Source: Promethearchaeia archaeon (GTDB lineage: Archaea > Asgardarchaeota > Lokiarchaeia > Sigyniarchaeales > SOKP01). Taken from it: a stretch of DNA of 16,224 nt. Position numbers and translations under genes: made by a program. Below the pieces are notes generated by a model. That model ran no database searches, had not been told where the DNA came from, and was given only the letters and a program-made list of their open reading frames with translations. Positions 1 through 8,332 of the stretch are shown here, piece by piece; the stretch's first letter is position 1, and the number at the start of each line of letters is the position of its first letter. The stretch lies in assembly GCA_029856155.1 (NCBI GenBank), contig JAHQWL010000089.1:1-16224 (forward strand), in the 5' to 3' direction.

Positions 1-675
1 ACTGTAAATAGTAACACTTTTGGAGGGATTGCTTTAGGCTTTAGTGATTATAATAATATTTTTGGAAATAACGCATTTAACAATAGTCAACATGGAATAG
101 CTATAACTTCAGGTGAATATAACTCCATTTCAGAAAACACAGTAAATAATAACACTTTTAGTGGGATTTGTTTAGAAGGAAGTTCTTATAATACAATTTC
201 TATAAATAATGTATTTAACAATAAGTTTGGGATACTTATTTCCGATTTGTTAATGATGCCATGCTACTATAATACTATTTTGGCGAATAACGTAAGGAAC
301 AATAGGAAGTATGGGATAGGGTTTGATTCTTGGGCTACTAGTAATGATGTGTATCGTAATAGTTTTAATAATTCTCTCAATGCATATGATAATGGTTCGA
401 ATAATTGGGATAATGGATTTGTAGGAAATTATTGGAGTGATTATACTGGGGTAGACGAAGATGGAGATGGAATTGGTGATACTCCATATAGTATCAATGG
501 TATGGCGCGGAGTAAAGATAATTATCCATTGGTTCCGAATTCGAATTCGGATCATCCCAATTCAGTTCCTGAAAACCCTTTTGAAAGACTTATCCTAATT
601 ACGATTATTAGTGGAGGAGCTGTGATAGGTGTAGCAACTGTCCTATTAATTATAAGAAAAAGGAAAAGAATGTGA
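1..675 (+). CDS. 5'-partial right-handed parallel beta-helix (NosD/CASH-like) cell-surface protein with C-terminal membrane anchor
   Basis: Frame 1 is open from base 1 (TVNSNTFGGIALGFSDYNNIFGNNAFNNSQHGI...), upstream of the track's 247 start. It has Asn-rich beta-helix repeats, the typical GNYWSDYxGxDxDGDGIGDTPY motif, a Pro/Asn linker, a hydrophobic helix and an RKRKRM tail. Confidence 0.9.
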   Translation, partial: TVNSNTFGGIALGFSDYNNIFGNNAFNNSQHGIAITSGEYNSISENTVNNNTFSGICLEGSSYNTISINNVFNNKFGILISDLLMMPCYYNTILANNVRNNRKYGIGFDSWATSNDVYRNSFNNSLNAYDNGSNNWDNGFVGNYWSDYTGVDEDGDGIGDTPYSINGMARSKDNYPLVPNSNSDHPNSVPENPFERLILITIISGGAVIGVATVLLIIRKRKRM

Positions 676-920
676 TAATTCAGTTTTTGTTGCCTACTTT
701 TGGTTGGAAGTTCTTCTCCTTAATTTATATCCAACTTATTTATAACTACCTTGGATAATCCCTACTATAAAATATAATATAATTTTAAAAAAGTTGAGCC
801 TCATTCTTCTTAAATATTTAATTTACCTTCAAAGCTAATATCAAAAATTAAGATTCTTCTTAGCGAAAGATTTTTAATATTTTAAATTAAATTGAATAAT
901 ACTAAATTAGAGGTGATTTT

Positions 921-1289
921 ATGCCAAAAATTGAACATTTTGAAATCAATGCAGATGATCCACTCAGAGCAAAAAGCTTTTATGAAAAAGTTTTTGAGTG
1001 GAAAATCGAAAAATGGAAAGGCCCTTTGGAATATTGGACAATAGAAGCGGGGAAAGAAGATGAAGAAGGAATTAATGGGGGTTTGCAGAAAAGAGAAAAA
1101 CCTAATGATCAAATATTTAATTATATTCCCGTATCCAATGTAGATGATTTTAAAAACAAAATTGAACAATCTGGGGGTACTATTGAAAGTCCCAAAATTA
1201 CTGTACCGGGAGTAGGTTATTTCTATATGTTTAAGGACACTGAAGGAAATAAACTTGGTATTATGGAACATGACAAAAATGCAAAATAA
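921..1289 (+). CDS. VOC/glyoxalase/bleomycin-resistance family protein
   Basis: HFEI.ADD..RAK.FY..VF.W, GINGG, and PGVG....FKDTEGN.LG motifs; GAGGTGA RBS upstream. Confidence 0.92.
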   Translation: MPKIEHFEINADDPLRAKSFYEKVFEWKIEKWKGPLEYWTIEAGKEDEEGINGGLQKREKPNDQIFNYIPVSNVDDFKNKIEQSGGTIESPKITVPGVGYFYMFKDTEGNKLGIMEHDKNAK

Positions 1290-1396
1290 ACCTGTCTTTT
1301 TCTTTATTATTTTTTCGATATTAATTCAAAAAAAAGTTAAATTAATTAAAAACACCAAAGGGAACCTAGTTAGTTGTTATTTGCATTAAAATTAAA

Positions 1397-1416
1397 GGGA
1401 GTATAAAAAAACTCCC
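1397..1416. terminator. Short GC-rich hairpin between convergent transcription units
   Basis: GGGAGT-ataaaaaa-ACTCCC; long A tracts at 1441-1480 (T tracts on the minus strand) follow the microprotein operon. Confidence 0.4.
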
Positions 1417-1487
1417 CCCTTCATTGTGGAATGGAAAAGAAATCAATAAACATAAAAAAAAAATAAAAAATTAAAAAAAATTTTACT

Positions 1488-1586
1488 CTATCGACCGCAA
1501 TCCTTACAAATCGCTCTCGAATCCGTAAAATCGAGCTTTATCTCTTTACCACATTTCATACAATTTATTCTTATTCTTTTTTTCAT
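1488..1586 (-). CDS. 32-aa zinc-ribbon microprotein MKKRIRINCMKCGKEIKLDFTDSRAICKDCGR
   Basis: Hand-translated. GAGGGA 5 nt before the ATG; CxxC-x14-CxxC; paralog of 1604-1744. Confidence 0.85.
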   Translation of the reverse strand: MKKRIRINCMKCGKEIKLDFTDSRAICKDCGR

Positions 1587-1603
1587 AACAATCCCTCTTT
1601 TAA

Positions 1604-1744
1604 TTAAAAATCAAAATTTTTTGTAGTTCTTGTGTTATGCTCTATTTGACTTTTTCGACACTTCCTACAAAGTGCCCTCGAGTTCGTAAGGTCTAGTTTT
1701 ATTTCTTTACCGCATTTTCTACAGTTTATTATTATTTTGGCCAT
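1604..1744 (-). CDS. 46-aa zinc-ribbon microprotein MAKIIINCRKCGKEIKLDLTNSRALCRKCRKSQIEHNTRTTKNFDF
   Basis: Hand-translated. AAGTGA RBS-like motif; CxxC-x14-CxxC; 18/24 identical to 1488-1586 over the core. Confidence 0.85.
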   Translation of the reverse strand: MAKIIINCRKCGKEIKLDLTNSRALCRKCRKSQIEHNTRTTKNFDF

Positions 1745-1784
1745 ATTTTTCACTTAATTTTTTAAATAAATAGGAAAAATAATT

Positions 1785-1883
1785 TTAATAGGAAATATAT
1801 CGCGAATGACAACTTCCTACATCATTCGAAATAATTATTAGTCTCGTCTTTTTCTTCATTCGTTTAACTCGCATTTTCACCAT
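1785..1883 (-). CDS. Basic micropeptide (MVK)MRVKRMKKKTRLIIISNDVGSCHSRYISY, 29-32 aa
   Basis: GGAGG/GGTGA precede ATGs at 1883 and 1874; the ORF fills the gap between co-oriented small ORFs. Confidence 0.55.
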   Translation of the reverse strand: MVKMRVKRMKKKTRLIIISNDVGSCHSRYISY

Positions 1884-1903
1884 CCTCCAATATCAAACTT
1901 TTA

Positions 1904-2140
1904 TTATCGATTATATGTCAGTCCCCTATAAACGATAGAGTCGACTTTATTTTTCACGTTATTGATATTAATTCTCCCCTGGTGTTGTTTAGCGTGTTTT
2001 CTAAATTTGAATTTAACTCTAATTTGCTCTGGTTCTTCCTTAAGATTCTCTGCTTTTTCCTCAACTAAAGGAATAATTATATAGAGACCTTGATTTTCAT
2101 TCTCTAATTTTTCTAATACCTGAACCATTTTTTTTATCAC
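1904..2140 (-). CDS. Small hypothetical protein (likely start ATG 2128, MVQVLEK...), acidic N-half and basic C-half; first gene of the microprotein operon
   Basis: ORF track; GTGA motif upstream of ATG 2128; co-oriented with three downstream small ORFs. Confidence 0.7.
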   Translation of the reverse strand: MIKKMVQVLEKLENENQGLYIIIPLVEEKAENLKEEPEQIRVKFKFRKHAKQHQGRININNVKNKVDSIVYRGLTYNR

Positions 2141-2173
2141 TTTTTTTTATTTTTACTTATAATTTTATTTATC

Positions 2174-2240
2174 TCGCACTCCAATATATAGATTCGCACT
2201 TCGTACTTCATGCGAAGTTCATACTTTATTCCGAAGTGAA
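2174..2240. promoter_or_regulatory. Candidate operator array in the divergent promoter
   Basis: Heptads TTCGCAC-TTCGTAC-TTCATGC; pseudo-palindrome TTCGTA-CTTCA-TGCGAA (2200-2216); CACTTCG/CGAAGTG inverted pair (2197-2203 and 2232-2238); a similar element occurs at 8190-8226. Confidence 0.55.
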
Positions 2241-2306
2241 AAGCTTAAAAAGTATTAGAAGTATATTTATGTAAGAAAATAAGATCTTATCGGACTGTAT
2301 TTTATT

Positions 2307-5267
2307 ATGAGTAGATCAGAGGGAATTTTATATCCTCCAGGGGAGATATTAAACCCCATTATAGGAAAAACTGATTTTGAATATGTAATATTATGGATGC
2401 TCAGCAATAATGATATTTGCGAGTGGTCAGATTTTACTGCGGAAATTAGCGAATCGACATTATCAGGTAATTTAAAAAAATTAATGAATAAGAATTATAT
2501 TAAAAAGCCTGAAAAGGGAAAATATCAGATCACCTCGCAAGGGAGAGATAGATTTAGTGAATTAGTATACGATAAAAAATCGGGGCAGAGGAGATTAAAA
2601 TATCCACCGAAAGCAATACTTAAAATTAGAAATTATGATCATTGGATTTTATGGATGCTTTACAACAATTATTCATGTAAATGGTCAGATTTTAAACAAG
2701 CACCGCTATTAATTAATCAATCCTCCTTATCTAATAATCTTAATTCATTGATGGATGATGGATTTGTTGCAAGAGAGAATAAAGAATATATAATAACACC
2801 ATCGGGAAAAACCGAGTATCTTAGAGTATTGAAATCCTATGATTTAGACCGTCAATCTATTTTAGAACAAGAAAGCAAGAGAATTGAAGAAATTACAGAA
2901 AAAACGAGTAGATTCTTTAAGAAGTATAAAATAGAAGATGATGAGTTAAAATTTCGGTATCTTGATAATATTCTGAAATTATCTTATTCTAAAGTTGAAT
3001 CGATGCTAAAAGAAGAAGATTTCAATAAAATTTTGTTGTTCCTTTCGATTAATCATCCTAATCAATATCCTGAGTATATTTCGCCTGTAGATTTCTCAGT
3101 GAAATATAAGATTGATAGAACTACTTTAGAATATTACATAAGGGAAATGATTGATAATGAGTTTTTTGGTATAAAATTTTTTAAAATGGAGATTGAAAAA
3201 GGAGGAACTTATTATTTTCAGAAGAATGAGACTTTAGAAAAAATACTTAATGCAATTGTAGAAAAACATATTACAAAATTTACATACTTAAATAAATTTC
3301 ATGAAACTACGATAACAGATGTGGGATTGCTATTAGATATAATATTAAACGATATTTGTAATAATCTATTCAATGAACATCTAAAACCCTCATTAAAATC
3401 ATTTTTACCTGAGTATATTAAATATTTAGCATATAAAATTGAAACAGAGAAGAAATTAGTTGATAGTGAAGCCAAATTAGCAGGATTTATATGGCAAAAT
3501 GTTAATGAAGAATTCCAAACCTTTGATCCTTCAAAAATGGCAATTGCTAGAGAAGAGGATGAGTTATATTATACAATGGATAGCAGCACTTTCAATGTAT
3601 TAGATATTGTGGTTTTGTCTAAATTTTTTTATTTAAACACAAGTGTAGTTCAGGAGACCTATAATTTGAATAAAATAGATATTTATAATAAAATAATAAA
3701 AAATTTATATAGAAATAAAGTTTCTAAAGCAAGGGAACTATCTCAAAATATTACCACTAAGATAAAAACCATAAATCAATTAATAATAAAGGATATTATA
3801 GCTACAGCAGAGAATAACTTAGATGATTCAGTTAAAATTACTTATGAAATTATTGATAAATATCCAAATGAATTTATAGGATATTTATTACAATCAATCA
3901 CTTACTTATTGATTGATAATTATGAAAAGTCTTTAAAAGTCATTGAGGACGCATTAAAAATAACACCTAATGTTCTTCTAATCTGCCAAAAAGCTCAGAT
4001 TTTAATGAGAACATCTCAAGGAGCTAAAGCATTAGATTATATTAATGATGCACTATCTCAGTATCCAGATAATTCAACATTATTAAGAACAAAATACTTA
4101 ATTTATATTACATATTGGATGGCACTAGTAAAGGATTATAATGAGCCTCTTGATGTAATAAATCAATTAACCAATCTGAATCAAAAGGATCAAGAGATTT
4201 TACTCTTAAAAAGTCTTTATTATTGTCTAATCAATAAATATAAAGAAGCAAAGCGTTTAATAATAAATGAAATTGATTTTAATAATTTTAAAAAAAATCC
4301 CAGAATTGAAACCATTGCTTACTTTATCTTGGTTTATTCTTATTTAGCACGCGGTAAATTTGATAAAGCTTTAGAAACTGCAAATCTAGTTTTAACAATA
4401 TATCCCAAACATCCTACTTCATTTTTTACAAAAGCCTTAGTGATTGGATATAATTTGATTTATAGATTTACATTTAAGGAGCCAAATATTGATGCTTTTA
4501 CTGAATTGATAACATCTACTCTCTCTTTTGAAAAAATTAATTATAATAAAACAATTTATCTTCTATTCCAATCACAAGTTTTAAATGGGCTTAGAAAATA
4601 CGATGAAAGCATTAATTCTATTGATACTGCTATTGAAATAGCCCCAACATTGAATTTTCTACATGCTAGGAAGGCATACTTATTAATAATATCTAAGAAA
4701 GAATCTCAAGCATTAAGTTTAATTAATGAACTGTTAGAAAGTCGTCAACCATTGAAGTATAGCCTATTGAAACAAAAATCTTATGTCCAAATCATTCTAA
4801 AACAATATGACGAAGCTTTGAAGACTGTTAATGAAGCAATTGAATTATATCCCCACGATAACGATTTTATCAATAATAAAGCCATGATCTTAGGTTATTT
4901 GGGAAGAAGAGAGAAAGCTATTGAAACTGCTGAACATCTAATAAGCCTTAATCCAAAATATGGAAATTCTTATGATACATATGGTGAAGTATTGATGGTT
5001 CTTGAAGAATATGAAAAAGCTATTGAAAAATTTAAAGAAGCTTTAACCCTTGAACCCACTGGATGGTTTGCCTATGAAACTTGTTTAAAAATGGGACAAT
5101 GTTTTAAGGAACTTGGAAATATTGAAAAAGCTCTTGAATATTATGAGAAAGGAGAAAAATTGACAGAAAAGATGCATCCTAGTTACAGGGATAATTATCT
5201 AGCCAAAACAGAGAAATTAATTTCTGAAGCTAAAATTTTACTTAGAAAATCGAAAAATAGTGAATAA
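2307..5267 (+). CDS. Large protein with two tandem N-terminal winged-HTH repeats and a C-terminal TPR array
   Basis: Internal repeat YPP..IL...(DFEYV/NYDHW)ILWML.NN..C.WSDF....I..S.LS.NL..LM......Y.IT..G occurs twice; TPR consensus helices in the C-half (e.g. YDTYGEVLMVLEEYEKAIEKFKEALTLEP). Confidence 0.88.
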   Translation: MSRSEGILYPPGEILNPIIGKTDFEYVILWMLSNNDICEWSDFTAEISESTLSGNLKKLMNKNYIKKPEKGKYQITSQGRDRFSELVYDKKSGQRRLKYPPKAILKIRNYDHWILWMLYNNYSCKWSDFKQAPLLINQSSLSNNLNSLMDDGFVARENKEYIITPSGKTEYLRVLKSYDLDRQSILEQESKRIEEITEKTSRFFKKYKIEDDELKFRYLDNILKLSYSKVESMLKEEDFNKILLFLSINHPNQYPEYISPVDFSVKYKIDRTTLEYYIREMIDNEFFGIKFFKMEIEKGGTYYFQKNETLEKILNAIVEKHITKFTYLNKFHETTITDVGLLLDIILNDICNNLFNEHLKPSLKSFLPEYIKYLAYKIETEKKLVDSEAKLAGFIWQNVNEEFQTFDPSKMAIAREEDELYYTMDSSTFNVLDIVVLSKFFYLNTSVVQETYNLNKIDIYNKIIKNLYRNKVSKARELSQNITTKIKTINQLIIKDIIATAENNLDDSVKITYEIIDKYPNEFIGYLLQSITYLLIDNYEKSLKVIEDALKITPNVLLICQKAQILMRTSQGAKALDYINDALSQYPDNSTLLRTKYLIYITYWMALVKDYNEPLDVINQLTNLNQKDQEILLLKSLYYCLINKYKEAKRLIINEIDFNNFKKNPRIETIAYFILVYSYLARGKFDKALETANLVLTIYPKHPTSFFTKALVIGYNLIYRFTFKEPNIDAFTELITSTLSFEKINYNKTIYLLFQSQVLNGLRKYDESINSIDTAIEIAPTLNFLHARKAYLLIISKKESQALSLINELLESRQPLKYSLLKQKSYVQIILKQYDEALKTVNEAIELYPHDNDFINNKAMILGYLGRREKAIETAEHLISLNPKYGNSYDTYGEVLMVLEEYEKAIEKFKEALTLEPTGWFAYETCLKMGQCFKELGNIEKALEYYEKGEKLTEKMHPSYRDNYLAKTEKLISEAKILLRKSKNSE

Positions 5268-5281
5268 TCCAAATTAAAAAT

Positions 5282-5953
5282 GTGATCTTAATGGATTACC
5301 GATTTGTAAAAGCATTCGAGTTTAATTTTAATTTTGGAACACTTTTATCAGTTGATTTCAGCTCCTGTTCTGAAGATTCAGACTTAATTAACCTTACTGA
5401 AGAAATATTTAATGAAATTAGAGATTGTATTAATATTCGAGGTATTCCCAGTCTAATTTGGTTTAAGGGAATAACCGACTCTGTAAATCCTTCAAATTTT
5501 ATGTTGATTACAAAAATGATTAGAGCGGTATATCCAAGACAAAAAATTGGAATTTATTTGAATTGTGGAATTTTTCAATATGAGGATATTCGAAATGTTT
5601 TTTATGGGTGTGATTTGGTTGCTATTAATCTCAATACCGTTGAGCACTTTCAATTTTCAAAAATTAATACATGTCCTGAATTTATAAATTCTAAAGCCGT
5701 ATTAAATGGAATAATAGAATTTAGTAAAACTTTTAAGGGAAAATTAGGCATTTATACCATGTTTTTAAAAGGTGTTAATGATAACGTTAAGAATGTTAAA
5801 AGGCTAAAAGAATTCTTATTGAATGTCATGCCAGATCATTACTCTGTCAGTAATTACACATTAAATGGCTTTGAACCTGTTTCGACAGACTTTAAAAAAG
5901 GAGTTAAAGAAATCTTGGAGGATCTTCCTTTCAAGGTTATTTATATGTTCTAA
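5282..5953 (+). CDS. Degenerate radical-SAM-fold protein (COG0731-like) lacking CxxxCxxC; alternative start ATG 5291
   Basis: Recognisable GTLLSVDF, EEIFNEI, KIGIYLNC, DLVAINLN, FSKIN, ILNGIIEFSK-like, FKGKL.I.TMFLKGVNDN segments; no three-Cys cluster motif. Confidence 0.72.
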   Translation: MILMDYRFVKAFEFNFNFGTLLSVDFSSCSEDSDLINLTEEIFNEIRDCINIRGIPSLIWFKGITDSVNPSNFMLITKMIRAVYPRQKIGIYLNCGIFQYEDIRNVFYGCDLVAINLNTVEHFQFSKINTCPEFINSKAVLNGIIEFSKTFKGKLGIYTMFLKGVNDNVKNVKRLKEFLLNVMPDHYSVSNYTLNGFEPVSTDFKKGVKEILEDLPFKVIYMF

Positions 5954-5989
5954 TTTATATCTGGTTTTAGCCCAAAGTTATTAAATTGT

Positions 5990-6454
5990 TCAACATGGTT
6001 CAAATTTAAAACCGCAACATTCACATAGATTTTCAATATTTTCAATGTATTTTAACATTGAATTATACCATTTGTCCAATAATTTTTTTAACTGGATTTT
6101 AATTGTATCCATATTTTTAGCATTATACACATAAAGATATCCTTGTTTTTTAGCATCTTTTATTCCCTTTACTTTAATATAATCTTTCATAGACATTGAA
6201 CTACGTTCAACAAGTTTTAATTCAGATAAATCTTGAACAGCTCTTTGAATTGAGCTTCTATCCATCTTTAATGCTTGTGCTACTTCAGATGTTCTCACAT
6301 CTTTATTTTTTAATAAATATTCAAGGACTTTAGATTCTGTCTTGTTCAAGCCTAAAATACAACTAAATAATCGATCACTAGAAAAAATTTCTTTTTTATC
6401 TAATAACCTGTCTATTATCTCAAATTCTTTTAATTGTTTTCCAATTACTTCCAT
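5990..6454 (-). CDS. HTH transcriptional regulator (TrmB/COG3355-like) with Cys-rich C-terminus
   Basis: CILGLNKTESKVL..LL, TSEVAQALKMDRSSIQRAVQDL..L.LVER, GYLYVY, L...LDKWY pattern; ends LCECCGFKFEPC. Confidence 0.85.
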   Translation of the reverse strand: MEVIGKQLKEFEIIDRLLDKKEIFSSDRLFSCILGLNKTESKVLEYLLKNKDVRTSEVAQALKMDRSSIQRAVQDLSELKLVERSSMSMKDYIKVKGIKDAKKQGYLYVYNAKNMDTIKIQLKKLLDKWYNSMLKYIENIENLCECCGFKFEPC

Positions 6455-6515
6455 TAATAATCAGCTCAAAAATAATATAAAAAATTTAAAGAAAAAAGGA
6501 ATTAATTTAATAAAT

Positions 6516-6923
6516 TCATTTTTTTAATTTTTCTAATACTTTCTTCATGCCTTCATAGTTCATTGCTCCAACAACTTGATGTACAACCTCATCATTTTTG
6601 ATAAATGAAGTTGTTGGAATTCCTGTTATTCCATACTTCATCGCTATAGCGTTATTTTCATCAACATTAACCTTCACAAAAACAAAATCGTTTCGAAATT
6701 CTCCATGAAGTTTCTTAAAAATTGGAGCAAAAAAGATGCAAGGTCCACACCAAACAGCCCAGAAATCTATAATAATTATTTTATCAGGATAATCCTTCAA
6801 TAATTTGTTAAATTCTTCAGAAGATTTTATTTGTATTACGTGTTCTGGCATCATTTGATGTTTTAATAAAGTTTCAGCTTTTTTCATTCTTAACCTTTCT
6901 AGGTCCTTATCTGCTTCTTGCAT
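6516..6923 (-). CDS. trxA: Thioredoxin with N-terminal extension
   Basis: IIDFWAVWCGPC active site, KVNVDEN, GITGIPT (cis-Pro), VVGA. Confidence 0.95.
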   Translation of the reverse strand: MQEADKDLERLRMKKAETLLKHQMMPEHVIQIKSSEEFNKLLKDYPDKIIIIDFWAVWCGPCIFFAPIFKKLHGEFRNDFVFVKVNVDENNAIAMKYGITGIPTTSFIKNDEVVHQVVGAMNYEGMKKVLEKLKK

Positions 6924-6954
6924 TTATGTTTCACATTAAATTATACTGTTTTAA

Positions 6955-6977
6955 GTTGTGAGATTTTTTTTCACAAC
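6955..6977. promoter_or_regulatory. Inverted repeat upstream of trxA, candidate operator
   Basis: GTTGTGA-N9-TCACAAC, about 30 nt upstream of the trxA ATG. Confidence 0.55.
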
Positions 6978-7066
6978 CTTCTAATACTAAGGTATTTAAT
7001 AGAATATTTAAAGTTGATTATAGTGCGAAAAATTTCACTACTTTATAAACAAATAAAGGAAAAATA

Positions 7067-8005
7067 TTATTCTTCTGTTAGAGATTCTATTTCTTTTTGC
7101 TGATTTAATCTTGAAGTTTTTCTCCGAGATGATACAATAATTTGGAAGTCTAAATCTTTTTTATATAAATCAGCTGCTCTTGCTATCTCCTTAGCAATAT
7201 CTTCCATTATAGAGTCTTCTTTAATACTAGCTCCGTTAAACATTGGTATTTCTGCATATTTTTCAATCAAACCTACGGTTATTTCCTGTGGTAAAACATC
7301 AGATCTATCTTTAAGTGCCATAGTGATCCTCTCTTCCAAATTTACATAAATTTCTCCCTTACTAAATTGACAATCTACGCATTTAGCACTTCGATTTTTA
7401 AAAATATTTAATATTATTAACCCTGTAATAAATTTGAAGTTTCTTTTTAAAATATCTTTAATATCTCTATTATCAGGATCATTGATGTATTGTTGAATAT
7501 GTTTCCCCGCATTAGTATATAATTTACAAAAAAATAAACCTCGATGAAAATAAGCGGGAACTATGCAGAATATTCTCGTAAACCAAAAAGGTGTGATTCC
7601 AATCGGTGGTTTTTCACGAAAGAAATAATAAGCTACTCTCCCCTCTCGTTCTGTATGTAGAGTAGACTCTTTTTTTAGCATATTCAAATATGTTGAAGTT
7701 GTAGAGCGAGCAATCTCTTTAAAATATCTTTTATATTCTTTCTCTACTTCACCTGTAGTAAGTTTGTTCTTTCCTTCTAAGTAGTATTGCAAAACTATTC
7801 CTAAAATTCGGCTTTCGTGAAGACGGCCCGTTTTTATCTGTTGTTCTTCTGCTTCATCTTCTCTAATTTGATATAAATATGCAATTTCCGGGGCATAATC
7901 TTGAATAACTTTATCTATAAGTTTAAGTTCGGGATCAACTTCTTCTATTTCTGCTGATTTAGTGCTTTCTATTATTAATTCATCAATCTTAGATTTTTCA
8001 GACAA
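7067..8005 (-). CDS. Hypothetical winged-HTH protein with internal CxxC
   Basis: LTTGEVEKEY....IARSTTSTYLNMLKKE..L..EREGRVAYYFF resembles an ArsR/BlaI-type wHTH; CVDC in the C-terminal domain; TTG start. Confidence 0.75.
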   Translation of the reverse strand: MSEKSKIDELIIESTKSAEIEEVDPELKLIDKVIQDYAPEIAYLYQIREDEAEEQQIKTGRLHESRILGIVLQYYLEGKNKLTTGEVEKEYKRYFKEIARSTTSTYLNMLKKESTLHTEREGRVAYYFFREKPPIGITPFWFTRIFCIVPAYFHRGLFFCKLYTNAGKHIQQYINDPDNRDIKDILKRNFKFITGLIILNIFKNRSAKCVDCQFSKGEIYVNLEERITMALKDRSDVLPQEITVGLIEKYAEIPMFNGASIKEDSIMEDIAKEIARAADLYKKDLDFQIIVSSRRKTSRLNQQKEIESLTEE

Positions 8006-8189
8006 TTTAAAAAACTCTTTTAGTTAATTATAATATCTATTTGTTTTACCTTGTTTTTAGGGGGTATTATTCTATGTATTCACTTCGCCTATCATAAAAT
8101 AAATTCCGTTCTACATCAGTAACTTGTAAAAAATTGATTTTCTATTAATTAAATTTAATTAGATTTTCAATTCATAAATAGAGTATTAA

Positions 8190-8226
8190 TTCGCACTTGA
8201 TGTGAACTATGAACTTTAAATGAAGT
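8190..8226. promoter_or_regulatory. Candidate operator related to 2193-2240
   Basis: TTCGCA-CTTGA-TGTGAA matches 2200-2216 at 14/17; the reverse complement of 8203-8226 matches 2205-2228 at 19/24. Confidence 0.5.
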
Positions 8227-8306
8227 CTGAAAATTAATGGTCTATAAAGAAGAGATTAAGCCTTGTAAGATAATAAGAAAATCCTGTTTAAACTAGATAA
8301 AACTTT

Positions 8307-8327
8307 TAAGTATGTAATACATACTTA
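8307..8327. promoter_or_regulatory. Palindromic operator of TA module 1
   Basis: TAAGTATGTA-A-TACATACTTA with perfect 10-bp arms, 5 nt before the antitoxin ATG. Confidence 0.7.
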
Positions 8328-8332
8328 CATAT

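Noticed and set aside
534-551. Perfect 18-bp palindrome TCCGAATTCGAATTCGGA
   Set aside because: Lies within a low-complexity linker of a CDS and is explained by duplication of a GAATTC hexamer.
1785-5953. RiPP cluster (peptide precursors plus radical SAM maturase)
   Set aside because: The radical-SAM-like protein lacks CxxxCxxC and any SPASM/RRE domain; the peptides look like zinc ribbons; no dedicated peptidase or exporter is adjacent.
8146-8161. 16-bp palindrome TAATTAAATTTAATTA
   Set aside because: A/T only in very AT-rich DNA; plausible by chance.
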